64,000 bases of DNA. Source: Daphnia carinata. Lineage: Eukaryota. Where the stretch lies: NCBI RefSeq assembly GCF_022539665.2, contig NC_081333.1, positions 9,734,001-9,798,000 of the forward strand. Direction: 5' to 3'. Position 1 is the first letter of the stretch. Each line of letters begins with the position of its first letter. This document shows positions 62,274 to 64,000 of the stretch, in pieces. A program made the translations under genes and the position numbers. The notes beneath the pieces are model-generated. The model saw only the letters and a list, made by a program, of their open reading frames with translations. It had not been told where the DNA came from and made no database searches.

Positions 62274-62850
62274 TTAACCCCTTTACTATTGGCTCGAAAA
62301 CTATAGGGCCAATTGCAAAATAAAATTCCAAAAGTAATTCCAAATGACTGCACGTCTTTTACATTTTTTGGCTTTATTGTTTTTTTATATGATAATATAT
62401 GATTTCGATGTAAAATTGTAGTACGCAGCGCTGTAGCGTACTGGCGCGCTATAAGTCTTCGATTCAGTGTATTGCAATTTGCAACATGCCAAAAAAAAGT
62501 ATATTTTTTTAGTTTATTTTGAAAACGGCTGGTTTAAGGAGAAAAACTCTTACATAATCGAACTCAGCGTTCAATTTTGGCTATCCCGTGTGATTTTTAC
62601 CGAATTCCAAGGGATTTCGTTTTTTGCCGATTTTGACAAAATGAAAAGGCTATAAGCCTTCTCACTTTTTCATTTTTGGCCAAATTTCAAATTTCGCTTT
62701 TAATATACGATTTCGATGTAAAATTGAATGCTAATTATGAAAATGAAGTTTATTTTTCAATTGGCCTTATAGTTTTTGAATTAAACTTAAAAAACAAAAA
62801 CGTCGGGCTTATTTTTCTCAGCTAAAAAAGTCGGGCTTAAAAAGTCGGGC
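62274..62850. mobile_element. Probable end of a non-autonomous DNA transposon (TTAA-CCC start, internal inverted repeat)
   Basis: TTAA|CCCC at 62274. 35-bp inverted repeat 62294-62328 / 62745-62779 (31/35). GATTTCGATGTAAAATTG occurs twice and GTCGGGCT three times. The other terminus is not seen. Confidence 0.5.
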
Positions 62851-62881
62851 TGAAATATTTTTTGCTATAAAACATAATATT

Positions 62882-64000
62882 TATGGCAATCCGTTTTATA
62901 TGGCAATCCGTTTTACATAAAAAAAAAAAATGGCGGAAAAAAAAAAAAAAATCGCACTTTTTTCTCTTTTTTCTACCCGTAGCCATCTATCAGTCGGTTT
63001 CGTTATTACAGGCATGTAAGCAATTTGAGTTAATTGTATCCCATTAGCAGTTAATTGAGTAGCGTGGCTGGAGAACAACGCGTGGCTGGAGGAGCAATTG
63101 AAAAAATGGATAAGATAATAAAACAAAAAAATGGTAAGTATAAACATTATTATATTGGTTTTCAATTATTAATTATTGTTTATTAAATCAAATTATGAAG
63201 CTGCAGGCCCAATTATTGGAACAACACAAAATATTAGATAACAGCAAAGCTAAGGATGGTAAGGCCTAATACGTAATGATTCTATTTATTTGCTTTTATT
63301 CATTTGTGTTTTGTAGCTCAAATTTTGAGTCTACAAGCTCAGCTAGGGGAAAAGAACAAATTGGAACAGAACAGTTTCCAAACAGTGAATGAGGTTTTTC
63401 CAAACTCATCCCTAACTGAACATGAGGATGAGTTGGTATTAGGCGAACACAGTCAGGTACCCTTGCAAAATAAGTATAGAATTTTAACAAACAATTATTT
63501 ATTGTTTAGTTATTCAGTCTACCACCTGACAGTGTGTTAAAGTTAAATTCTGTTAGTGCTGCACTAAAAGAATTGTTAGTAATAAGTCCATGCAGCGAAG
63601 GAAGTGAACAATTGTGGGACCGTATTTGGGCTGAAAATGGGTGTGGTACTGAAACCTAGAAATAGCATGAGTTCAACATAAAACATCAATTAGGTACTTT
63701 TCGGTTTTTTGTCTATCGAAAAAGTATTTTTAATGCTATTATTTTGCATTCACAGAATTTTAGTGGGGGATCAAGTCAAGTCTAGAAGTGTTACAGGATG
63801 GAAGAGTGAGCCTACAGTTGAAAAACACTGAGAGTGCATTACCATTAAGGTATGAGGTAAAGTAATAGAGTATGCAAATTGTCTAATGAGAAGTACCATC
63901 TTGTGTGAATGAATCCTGTGTAACAGCAATCCTTTATAGTTCTGTCACAGCTAGAAGCCTCAAATAATTCTGCTTCTCTTGCTAAAGAACAACTTGTCCT
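62882..64000 (+). repeat. Repeat E, copy D (runs off the window)
   Basis: Two TATGGCAATCCGTTTT units, then sequence collinear with copy A. The exon-2 acceptor reads AA instead of AG, and there is an earlier TAG. Confidence 0.9.

Overview
Gene-dense, AT-rich eukaryotic DNA with short introns, mostly 60-90 nt. The intron size and arthropod-type proteins suggest a Daphnia-like crustacean (inference). Genes in order: TSC22/bunched (+, two candidate alternative first exons), COG3 (+), Drosha (-), drebrin-like/Abp1 (+), a large zinc-finger protein resembling TOPAZ1 (+), mitochondrial Hsp70 (+), secreted Cu/Zn SOD (-), CNOT10 (+), TRIM71/lin-41 (+), DSTYK (+), NDUFA12 (-, missed by the ORF track) and DNAJC21 (+). 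As assembled, Drosha carries a 1-nt frameshift and a non-GT splice donor. The lin-41 3' region has let-7 and miR-125 seed sites. The 33.1-43.6 kb block is a nested repeat structure. Three copies of a ~2.2-2.4 kb spliced-gene-bearing repeat form a large palindrome plus a tandem copy. About ten degenerate tRNA-like units with A/B boxes sit in two cassette types. A 1.8 kb hAT-like insertion with an 8-bp target duplication interrupts the third copy. A fourth copy starts at ~62.9 kb. Exon coordinates were read by eye, and protein identities come from recalled family motifs, not database searches.
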